Assembly: GCA_022627515.1 (NCBI GenBank)
Contig: JAKEGK010000178.1
Location: 1 to 55,080, forward strand
Length of the DNA stretch: 55,080 nucleotides
Source of the DNA: Gammaproteobacteria bacterium
GTDB lineage: Bacteria > Pseudomonadota > Gammaproteobacteria > SZUA-152
Direction: 5' to 3'
A program made the position numbers and the translations under genes. The notes under the pieces were generated by a model. That model was given only the letters and a program-made list of their open reading frames with translations, was not told the DNA's origin and made no database searches. How positions within the stretch are numbered: position 1 is the stretch's first letter; every line of letters starts with the position of its first letter. This document shows positions 28,261 to 36,142 of the stretch, one piece after another.

Positions 28261-28568
28261 TTTGCGTTACCTCTGCATCAGATCTTTATTTAATAAGTGT
28301 GGCGGGTGAGTGTGGCAAAATTCTGATGAATAAAAATCAATTCCGGATGCATCAGGGATGAAAGAAGGAGCGCTGGCTCATTTCGCAAGTCCTTTCATGG
28401 CGCGCGCCCTCACATGATGTGTTTTCCTATCCAGGCTCCATTTTATTGCCGGATGCGTCAGGCATTTCTGTCCTTGTTCTTACAACAGCCGGAAGGTTTT
28501 GCCGGCCTGCGCCGTAACCTTGCGCTTTTTTAGCGCCTGTATTTATTTACCCATGATTGTGCTAAACG

Positions 28569-28587
28569 AATGTTATGTTATAACATT
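28569..28587. promoter_or_regulatory. Zur box
   Basis: AATGTTATGTTATAACATT is a near-perfect 19-bp palindrome (8/9 arm positions). With its flanks it matches GAAATGTTATANTATAACATTTC at 19/22 defined positions. It lies 24 nt upstream of the zur ATG. Confidence 0.75.
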
Positions 28588-28610
28588 GCGTTTTTCAGCA
28601 AGGTGCCGCC

Positions 28611-29096
28611 ATGATCAGCCAGTCTGTCCTTATACCTTTTAAAAAGCGTCAACATAATCATGATTCCTGTATTAAAGCCGCTATGGCCAAAGCGGAAGTC
28701 GCGTGCAGTGAATCAGGTTTACGGCTGACCAGTATACGGCGCCAGGTGCTGGAACTGGTTTGGGGCAGTCACGCCCCGGTAAAAGCATACGATGTGCTTG
28801 AACAACTGCGAAGGATAAATCCCAGAGCAGTGCCGCCCACGGTATATCGTGCGCTGGAGTTTTTGCAAAACGCCGGATTGGTGCACCGGATTGAATCGCT
28901 GAACGCTTTCGTGGGATGCGGCATGCCCGCCGAACCGCATGTTGGACAGTTTCTGATTTGCATTCAGTGTGGCGCGGTGGCTGAAATAAATGCGCCAAAA
29001 ATTACCCGGCTGCTGAATGAACAGGCGGCGCAATTGGGTTTCACAACAGGCCAGCAGTTAGTTGAAATAAAAGGTTTGTGTCCGCAATGCAGCTAG
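28611..29096 (+). CDS. zur: Zinc uptake regulator (Fur family)
   Basis: Fur-family fold motifs are present (RLTSIRRQVLELVW, PTVYRALEFLQNAGLVHRIE, CxxC pairs CIQCG and CPQC). The gene heads the znuACB cluster behind a Zur box. Confidence 0.8.
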   Translation: MISQSVLIPFKKRQHNHDSCIKAAMAKAEVACSESGLRLTSIRRQVLELVWGSHAPVKAYDVLEQLRRINPRAVPPTVYRALEFLQNAGLVHRIESLNAFVGCGMPAEPHVGQFLICIQCGAVAEINAPKITRLLNEQAAQLGFTTGQQLVEIKGLCPQCS

Positions 29097-30010
29097 TCCA
29101 GAGACATCAGCCGGTTCATTTCACGTTTTTGTTGCTGGCGTTTCTTGTGCTGTTCCCGGCTTCCAGTATGGCCAAACCGAAGTTTACGGTTTGCGTGAGC
29201 CTGCTGCCGCAAAAGTATTTTGTAGAACGGATAGCCGGTAACTACGCCAGGGTAATCGTAATGGTAGGTCCGGGTCAGAACGAGGTCACTTATGAACCAA
29301 AACCCAGCCAGTTGGCGCAAATAGAAGAGTCCGTGCTTTACTTTCTCATGAACGTTCCGTTTGAAGCCAGATGGATTAAAACCTTTACGCAAATCAACCC
29401 AAAATTAAAAATAGTGCCATTGCCGGACAGCATTGTATTGCGCCCGATGACGGAGGATATCGATTCATTGGGAGACAATGGAATCCATGGTCATCGCCAT
29501 GATCAAGGCCATGCCCATGTGTCCATGCTTGATCCGCATGTCTGGTTGAATCCGCGGCTGGTGAAACACATTGCAGAGAGTATGAAAACAGCCTTTGTTA
29601 AAGTTGACCCGGAAAATCAGCAGAGTTACGAGTCAGGTTACCAGCGCTTTGTTGCTGAGCTTGATGAACTGGATCATTATATTCATGAGCAGCTGGACAG
29701 CATCAGTAACCGCCGATTCATGGTTTATCATCCATCATGGGGCTATTTTGCGGATGAATACGGATTACAGCAAATACCTATTGAAGTCGAAGGCAAGCAG
29801 CCCGGCGCCAGAACTTTAAGTAGATTGATCGAGGCAGCGCAACAGAAACAGGTCAAAGTTATTTTTGTTCAGCAACAGTTTTCCGATCGTGACGCGAAAA
29901 CCATCGCCAGGCAGGTCGGGGCAAAAACAATAACGGTTGATCCGCTTGCGGAAGATTACATTGAAAACCTGAAACGGGTCAGCAGATTGTTTGCCGAAGC
30001 GCTGCAATGA
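29087..30010 (+). CDS. znuA: Zinc ABC transporter substrate-binding protein
   Basis: A signal peptide, a His-rich loop (GIHGHRHDQGHAHV) and the DPHVWLNP motif are present. The ATG at 29087 overlaps the zur 3' end by 10 nt. Confidence 0.85.
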   Translation: MQLVQRHQPVHFTFLLLAFLVLFPASSMAKPKFTVCVSLLPQKYFVERIAGNYARVIVMVGPGQNEVTYEPKPSQLAQIEESVLYFLMNVPFEARWIKTFTQINPKLKIVPLPDSIVLRPMTEDIDSLGDNGIHGHRHDQGHAHVSMLDPHVWLNPRLVKHIAESMKTAFVKVDPENQQSYESGYQRFVAELDELDHYIHEQLDSISNRRFMVYHPSWGYFADEYGLQQIPIEVEGKQPGARTLSRLIEAAQQKQVKVIFVQQQFSDRDAKTIARQVGAKTITVDPLAEDYIENLKRVSRLFAEALQ

Positions 30011-30738
30011 AACCAGATACCATAATCAAAATAGACAATGTCAGTTTCAGATTTGACGGCCCTCTGGTGCTTGACCATGTGTCATTGAATATCGCGAAGG
30101 GCGAGTTTCTCGGTATCGTCGGACCAAATGGCGGCGGCAAAAGCACCTTGTTGAAACTGGTGCTGGGATTGCTTGAGCCTGAATCCGGCGCTATTTCGGT
30201 GCTGGGTAAATCACCCAGGCGAGGCCGGTCCGCCATCGGTTATGTGCCGCAATATGCCGCTTTTGAACGGTCGTTTCCCATAACCGTGCAGGACGCAGTG
30301 TTGTTGGGCCTGATGGGCAAGTCAAGAAGGATATTCGGATACGCCAATGCGGACTACCAGAGTGTCCGCAATGCGCTTAAGGAAACCGAAATCGGGGACC
30401 TTAAAGACCGCCTGTTGAATACCTTGTCGGGTGGTCAATTGCAAAGGATGCTGATCGCCAGGGCGCTGGTCAGCAAACCGGAGATATTGATACTGGATGA
30501 GCCGACCTCGAATATTGATTCCCGTGTCGAGGAGGATATTTTTGATCTATTGAAAAGGCTTAATGAACGCTCGACGATTCTGGTGGTGTCGCATGATATC
30601 GGATTTATTTCCGAATACGTAACGCGGGTTGCCTGCCTTAACCGGACCCTGGTTTGTCATGAAACGTCCGCGATTTCCGGCAAAACCATCGAAGAATTGT
30701 ATGGTTCCCCCGTCCATATGATTCAACATAGTCACTAA
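30007..30738 (+). CDS. znuC: Zinc ABC transporter ATP-binding protein
   Basis: Walker A (GPNGGGKST), the signature LSGGQLQR and Walker B (ILILDEP) are all present. The start overlaps znuA (ATGA). Confidence 0.9.
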   Translation: MKPDTIIKIDNVSFRFDGPLVLDHVSLNIAKGEFLGIVGPNGGGKSTLLKLVLGLLEPESGAISVLGKSPRRGRSAIGYVPQYAAFERSFPITVQDAVLLGLMGKSRRIFGYANADYQSVRNALKETEIGDLKDRLLNTLSGGQLQRMLIARALVSKPEILILDEPTSNIDSRVEEDIFDLLKRLNERSTILVVSHDIGFISEYVTRVACLNRTLVCHETSAISGKTIEELYGSPVHMIQHSH

Positions 30739-30746
30739 CGGTTAGT

Positions 30747-31580
30747 ATGAGCTTTCTGGAAGCCATTATTTCCCAAACCTTTCTGCAGCATGCGTTGCTG
30801 GCGGGTGTTCTGGCCGGTATTGGCTGTGGTGTCATGGGTACCTATGTCGTCGTCAAGCGCATTAATTTTCTGGCTGGCGGTATTGCGCATAGTGTGCTGG
30901 CCGGCATGGGCATCGCGTATTTTCTGGGTGGCAGCCCGGTTATGGGCGCGATTGTATCCGCGTTGACCGCCGCGCTGATCATTGGCTGGATAAAATTGCG
31001 GTGGCGGGAAGGTGAGGACACCATTATCGCGGCGGTATGGTCGGTGGGAATGGCGATTGGCATTATCTTTATCGCAAAGACACCGGGATACAGCGTGGAC
31101 CTGATGAGCTATTTGTTTGGAAACATACTGATGATATCCAGTGGCGAACTCTATGTGATGTTGATCCTGGATGCAATATTGATGGTGGTGGTGGCGGTTT
31201 TTTACAAACAATTTTTGATTGTTTGTTTTGATGAGGAATTTGCCAGGTTGCGCGGTGTTAATGTGGAACTGTTTTACCTGGTTTTGCTTTGCCTGGTTGC
31301 GCTTACCGTCGTTCTGTTAATTCAGGTCGTCGGACTGATATTGGTTATCGCCCTGCTTACCTTACCGGCGGCTATTGCCGCCCGTTATCAAAAATCACTG
31401 AAAAATATCATGATGCTGGCGATGGTGCTGGGAATATTTTTTTCTTGCGCCGGTATCGTTGTGTCTTATGAACCGGATTTGCCGGCTGGCGCCACGATTA
31501 TCCTGATAGCCGGAATAAGTTACATTATCGCGTCCATTTCCAGCAGAGCATTCATGAGGCGAAAACCGGCGAAGTCATGA
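30747..31580 (+). CDS. znuB: Zinc ABC transporter permease
   Basis: A polytopic membrane protein of the ABC-3 family type (FLQHALLAGVLAGIGCGVMGTYVVVKR...). Confidence 0.85.
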   Translation: MSFLEAIISQTFLQHALLAGVLAGIGCGVMGTYVVVKRINFLAGGIAHSVLAGMGIAYFLGGSPVMGAIVSALTAALIIGWIKLRWREGEDTIIAAVWSVGMAIGIIFIAKTPGYSVDLMSYLFGNILMISSGELYVMLILDAILMVVVAVFYKQFLIVCFDEEFARLRGVNVELFYLVLLCLVALTVVLLIQVVGLILVIALLTLPAAIAARYQKSLKNIMMLAMVLGIFFSCAGIVVSYEPDLPAGATIILIAGISYIIASISSRAFMRRKPAKS

Positions 31581-31720
31581 GTGATGATCGCTGGTTACGA
31601 AATACAAATACTGTTTTGCCGGTGCGTTTTGGCTGTCCGGTGTGCACGGCATAGTGTGTAGCGCTGGTCTGATGCGTGTTTTGGTGGTTAGATGGACGTG
31701 AAGTCCGGTCGCCGCCGGTT

Positions 31721-34273
31721 TCAGGCTATAGTGAGGGGGACCACTACATTACGATTATTGTAATCCAGGATATTATGCAGAGGAACCGGTTCGCCGAATT
31801 TATAACCCTGCGCGTAATCAATGCCGATATCAATTAATGCATCGTGCAGGTGTTCGTTTTCCACATACTCCGCGATAATCTGTATTTTCAGGATCCGGCC
31901 AATATTGTTAATCGACCAGATAATGGCGTGATTTACCGTGTTGTTTAACAGGTTTTTTACGAATTCCCCGTCAATTTTCAGATAGTCCACCGGCAGGCTG
32001 CTCAGATACATGAATGAGCTCACGCCTTTGCCGAAATCGTCCAACGCAAATTTAAATCCCGAGAGTTTGAGGTCGCGTATCAGCTTGGCGACTTTCGGCA
32101 GGTTGTTGATGGCGGCGGTTTCGGTAATCTCAAAGCAAATATTTTCCGGATTGATCCTGTGTTTATCATGTTCCTGTTTGATGTACTTAAGCAATGTGTT
32201 GGTGTTGAGCGAGGTGCCTGACAGATTTATTGAGTAACAGGCATTGTCCTCGTGGTTCGACGCCAGGTGTGTAAACGCGGCGCGGATCACCCAGCGGTCA
32301 AGTGTTGGCATGAAGTTATAGCGCTCGGCGGCCGGAATAAACTCGCTCGGCTGGATCAGTCTGCCGTCATCATCGTGCAGACGCAGCAATAATTCATAGC
32401 GGCGTTTCTGCTGTTTGTCCAGACCCAGTGGCACAATCGGCTGTTTATAGAGCACGAACCGGTTTTCCTTAAGCGCCCGGGTGAGTTTTGACATCCACTG
32501 CATTTCATCACGGCGCCGTATCAATTCCTTATTACCGTGACTGTAAATATGCACCCGGTTTCTACCGGTGTCTTTGGCGACATAACATGCCATGTCAGCG
32601 GCGCTCATGGCGCTGACAACGTTACCGCTGCTGTGGTCGATCATGGCAATGCCGATACTGACGCCGAGATGAAAGTGGATACTTTGCCATTCAAAGCGGA
32701 ATTGCTTTACGGCGGTTAACATGCCTTCGGCGAATTCTTTCGCCTTGTTAAGGCCGCAATTCCTGAGCAGGATACCGAATTCATCTCCACCCAGGCGGGC
32801 CAGCGTGTCTGTGGATCCCAGTTTTGATTGCAATAATGATGTTACCTGTATTAACAGCTGATCTCCGGCGTCATGGCCGCAGGTGTCGTTCACCACCTTG
32901 AATTGATCCAGATCCAGGTAAAGCAGCGCGTGCTTTTCCCTGTTCTCCCTGGCAAGCTTGATGGCTTTGGTCAGCTGGATTTCAAACGCCCGGCGGTTGA
33001 TAACATTGGTCAGGGCATCGTGACTGGCCTGATAGGAAAGCTTGCGGCTTAATTCCCTGGTACGGCTGACATCGCGAAACACAATGATGGTGCCGATTAT
33101 GTCATCGTTGTAGCCGCGGATCGGCGCGGCAGTGTCTTCAATCGCGGTTTTGGAGCCATCCCGGTTGACCAGCACGCTTTGTGTCGCGGACGGGATATTG
33201 CGGTTTTCGGCGATGCACTGTTCAACAATATTATCTATCGGCTTATTGGTCCTCTCATCGAACACATGAAAAATATTGGATAAGTGTTTACCGCACGCTT
33301 CGTTATTTTTCCAGCCGGTCAATTGTTCCGCGACAGGATTGAGGTATTGCACGACAGCGCTGGCGTCAGTGGTAATGATACCGTCACCAATGGAATGCAG
33401 AGTCACGAGCGCGCGGTTTTTTTCATGTTCCAGTTCGTAGGTTTTCCGTTTCAGTTTAAACAATATGTAACCCGTAGTGGACAACAGTAATACCGACAGG
33501 ATAAACAGAATGATCCGGTAAGTATTGCTTTGTTCCACGACTTTCTCGTTATGAGAGGTGTAGGTTTGCTGAAGATTGTATGTAAGATACTCGACAGGTA
33601 ATCCCAGCAGCTTGTTGACGATATTGTTGACGTTGTGGCGGTTATCGATAACCGTTCTGGCGTGTTTATGGATAACATGCAGATGCGGGGCAATTTCCGG
33701 CGCAACATTGAATTGTAGATTTTCCAGCATCTCGACCTTTTGCGCTATCTGGGCATCGGCCTGGTTATCGTTGGTAAGACTGTACAGATATATGTCCCGC
33801 AGCAGGCTATCGACATGATTGGCCACCAGATCCGTGTGTTCATAATTGGCCAGCTTGGTCAGCAGCGCCTCATTCAGATGGGGAAATACCGCTAGTGAGT
33901 TTTTTAACAGCGCATTGGCGGTTTTAAACTCGTCCGCCATTTCAAACTTTTTGTTTAAGTAACGGATAAGACGGTTCAGTTCCTCAATCTTGATGGATTG
34001 ATGCGGCGGGCTGGTCAATTTCTTCAACGCCTGATATTTGGATTTCAGTTTGGCAATATGGTCAGAGAGTGAGTCAAAGTTGGTATATAACTGGTAACGA
34101 ATCGTGAGTAATTCCTGGTTTATTAGCGCATTGATCAACCTGATATCGCGTAATAATTGAATCTCCTGGCGGAATTGCTGGAAGTTGGTCGATTTGCTGT
34201 TCAGAATTAAAATGCAGGAAACAACGATCAACGCGCTGGCGATCAATATGGATTTCAAATGCGCGGTTTTCAT
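31721..34273 (-). CDS. Membrane sensor with an all-helical periplasmic domain (DAHL-like), PAS, GGDEF and EAL domains
   Basis: TM1 is followed by about 230 aa of helical periplasmic region (..KNSLAVFPHL..), then TM2 and a PAS domain (LVTLHSIGDGIITTD). The GGDEF motif is RLGGDEFGILL. The EAL domain carries YELLLRL, EITE, DDFG and QGY motifs. Confidence 0.9.
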   Translation of the reverse strand: MKTAHLKSILIASALIVVSCILILNSKSTNFQQFRQEIQLLRDIRLINALINQELLTIRYQLYTNFDSLSDHIAKLKSKYQALKKLTSPPHQSIKIEELNRLIRYLNKKFEMADEFKTANALLKNSLAVFPHLNEALLTKLANYEHTDLVANHVDSLLRDIYLYSLTNDNQADAQIAQKVEMLENLQFNVAPEIAPHLHVIHKHARTVIDNRHNVNNIVNKLLGLPVEYLTYNLQQTYTSHNEKVVEQSNTYRIILFILSVLLLSTTGYILFKLKRKTYELEHEKNRALVTLHSIGDGIITTDASAVVQYLNPVAEQLTGWKNNEACGKHLSNIFHVFDERTNKPIDNIVEQCIAENRNIPSATQSVLVNRDGSKTAIEDTAAPIRGYNDDIIGTIIVFRDVSRTRELSRKLSYQASHDALTNVINRRAFEIQLTKAIKLARENREKHALLYLDLDQFKVVNDTCGHDAGDQLLIQVTSLLQSKLGSTDTLARLGGDEFGILLRNCGLNKAKEFAEGMLTAVKQFRFEWQSIHFHLGVSIGIAMIDHSSGNVVSAMSAADMACYVAKDTGRNRVHIYSHGNKELIRRRDEMQWMSKLTRALKENRFVLYKQPIVPLGLDKQQKRRYELLLRLHDDDGRLIQPSEFIPAAERYNFMPTLDRWVIRAAFTHLASNHEDNACYSINLSGTSLNTNTLLKYIKQEHDKHRINPENICFEITETAAINNLPKVAKLIRDLKLSGFKFALDDFGKGVSSFMYLSSLPVDYLKIDGEFVKNLLNNTVNHAIIWSINNIGRILKIQIIAEYVENEHLHDALIDIGIDYAQGYKFGEPVPLHNILDYNNRNVVVPLTIA

Positions 34274-35271
34274 AGTTTTTGGCCTTTGTATTTGCCGGTC
34301 AAAGTTTTTAGAAAGTCGACGATTTGCGCCACCTGCTGATCGTCAACTCCGATACCCAGGTACTCATCAATCATTCTGCTCACCGCCTGGTGAAGGGTGG
34401 TGGCTGAACCGTCGTGGAAATAAGGCGCTGTAAGCGCGACGTTGCGCAAACTCGGGACGCGGATTTGCTCGAGTTTTCCATGTAGCCGGGTACGGGTGGA
34501 ATTGAGGTTGCCAAACGGAGGGGCCAGCTTGTCGAGTTGCAGCACAAAATTACCACCGATGTTGGCGCCTTGATGGCACGTCACGCAGCCAAAGGATTTA
34601 AACAACTTGTAGCCCTGGAGTTCTTTTGCCGATAACGCGTTTGTATCTCCTTTCAGGTAGAGATCGAAAGATGAATCCGGTGTTGCAAGAGAAAGTTCAT
34701 AGCTGACAAAGGCGTCCTTGATATTTTCCTTTGTAACGCCTTCGGAATAGAGATTGTTGAAATGTTCAGCGTATTCCGGAATCGAATTTATGGTCTGGAT
34801 TAATTGCGGCCATGTCGTATTAATTTCCGCTAACGCATCTGTAAGCTGTTCATCCAGGGTTTCAAATTTTCCGGACCAGTAATATTGTGTATTCAGTGCG
34901 ACATTGAAAATGCTGGGCGTATTGAAACGGGTCGGTGTTCCCGCGCTGTTGACCGAAAACGCCAGTTGATCAGTGCCGCCCAGGTTCAGATTATGGCAAT
35001 CCCCGCACGCAATGACTTGTTTGCTGTCCAGTCTCCTGTCGTGGAACAGTTTTTCACCTAATGCAACTTTTTCCGGGGAAAGGAAAGTTTTGTCCGGTAT
35101 CGGGCGGATAGGTTCACGGGTATGAATCGGGCTGATATCGGTGTTTTGACGCAGTGATGCCAGGGTTGTGTCATTGGCAGCCGCCGGATGCCCGAAAATA
35201 AATATCATGCAAAACAGCGCCGGGAGCGCATTTGGCTTACCGTTCACAACTCGTTTTCGCGTAAATCCCAT
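34270..35271 (-). CDS. Di-haem cytochrome c peroxidase (CCP/MauG family)
   Basis: A signal peptide and two haem c motifs (CGDCHNL and CVTCHQG) are present, along with the family segments PSLRNVALTAPYFHDGS. The stop overlaps the downstream GGDEF-EAL start (ATGA). Confidence 0.85.
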   Translation of the reverse strand: MGFTRKRVVNGKPNALPALFCMIFIFGHPAAANDTTLASLRQNTDISPIHTREPIRPIPDKTFLSPEKVALGEKLFHDRRLDSKQVIACGDCHNLNLGGTDQLAFSVNSAGTPTRFNTPSIFNVALNTQYYWSGKFETLDEQLTDALAEINTTWPQLIQTINSIPEYAEHFNNLYSEGVTKENIKDAFVSYELSLATPDSSFDLYLKGDTNALSAKELQGYKLFKSFGCVTCHQGANIGGNFVLQLDKLAPPFGNLNSTRTRLHGKLEQIRVPSLRNVALTAPYFHDGSATTLHQAVSRMIDEYLGIGVDDQQVAQIVDFLKTLTGKYKGQKL

Positions 35272-36142
35272 ATCGCAACCATCCGTGGATAGCTAACTGG
35301 TGAGCTGCCGGTTCTTAATGTTTTTCGAGGTCAGTCCGGCTCTGCCTTTCTTTACAGAAACTTCATGCGGGCCGCAAATGTTCGCTGGAAAAAAGGGGGG
35401 AGAAAAAAAGAAAAAGATCCTTCATTCGTGGTTTCAAAAGACGCCCCCTCTTCCCCGGATGTAACGCCTGTTATCTCTTTTGAAACTACTTACTTAGACT
35501 TATTTAGCACAACGTGGACTAAAAATCGAGCCAATTAAACAGGCATCATATTCGTATTCTGGATTTTCAAATATTCAAAACTAAAATGACGGATATGTTA
35601 TTGGTCAGGCGTGATTTACCTAAGCAGTTATCCGGTTTCATCGGCGACAATTGATTAGCCGGCACCCAGTCTGCGGCTGAAAATCGAAATTATTCCTGTT
35701 TCAGCGGTATACAGGCGCACACCCTAAAATGCACCTCACCATCGTGCAATTGCCGGCTTTCTGTAATAGAGCCCGTGCTCAGCCGGTTGCGGCGCGAAAG
35801 TTGGAGCGCGCATACCGACCCTTTGGCGACAGGGAGGGTCTGTTACTTCCGCGGCCAGTCCGCCCGGTTTAACCATGCGTTTATCAACCATGCTTGCGCC
35901 GCCACGTACTATTGCGGCAATATGCCTGAAATTATCCGGTTTAATCTGACCGCCCGTCGTCACATTGTTAAATTCAGTTCCTATGCGGGATTGAAAACAT
36001 TTTGCCGGGCGCTTAACACAAGCGGGCGTGGCTCAGCGGTGTTAAGGCCTTTAACCGATTTATTTTTTAATCAGTTTTTTTGTTACGATTTATAGTCTAA
36101 CCACAGTCCCGGTCAATCCTCTTACAGCTAAATCCAAGTTAA

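Noticed and set aside
35661-35674. Sigma-54-like GGCAC-N5-CTGC element on the plus strand.
   Set aside because: It lies about 470 nt upstream of the nearest plus-strand start, and the flanking consensus positions (T at -26, TT at -14/-13) are mismatched. It is likely a chance match.
36022-36040. GCGGGCGTGGCTCAGCGGT resembles a tRNA acceptor/D-arm 5' segment.
   Set aside because: The downstream sequence does not continue as a D-stem, anticodon arm or T-arm, so no cloverleaf can be drawn.
35701-36070. I tested the island by eye for RNase P RNA, tmRNA, 6S, SRP RNA, and cobalamin, TPP, ZTP and c-di-GMP-I riboswitch signatures.
   Set aside because: None of the diagnostic conserved strings is present in a consistent strand or order: GAGGAAAGTCCGG with ACAGAACCCGGCTTA, GCCACTG with the B12 box, CTGAGA, ACGCAAAGC, and so on. 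Only partial look-alikes occur, such as ACAGAAAGCCGGCAA on the minus strand.
36040-36085. Possible terminator (GTTAA-GGCCT-TTAAC followed by T-rich runs) at the right edge of the intergenic island.
   Set aside because: The stem is only 5 A/U-rich base pairs and cannot be extended, so it is not convincing on its own.
35736-36095. Two overlapping ORFs (75 aa on the minus strand, 106 aa on the plus strand) in the GC-rich intergenic island.
   Set aside because: They use rare codons (AGG, AGA, ATA, CGA), have no ribosome-binding site and no recognisable motifs. I treat the region as unexplained non-coding sequence instead.
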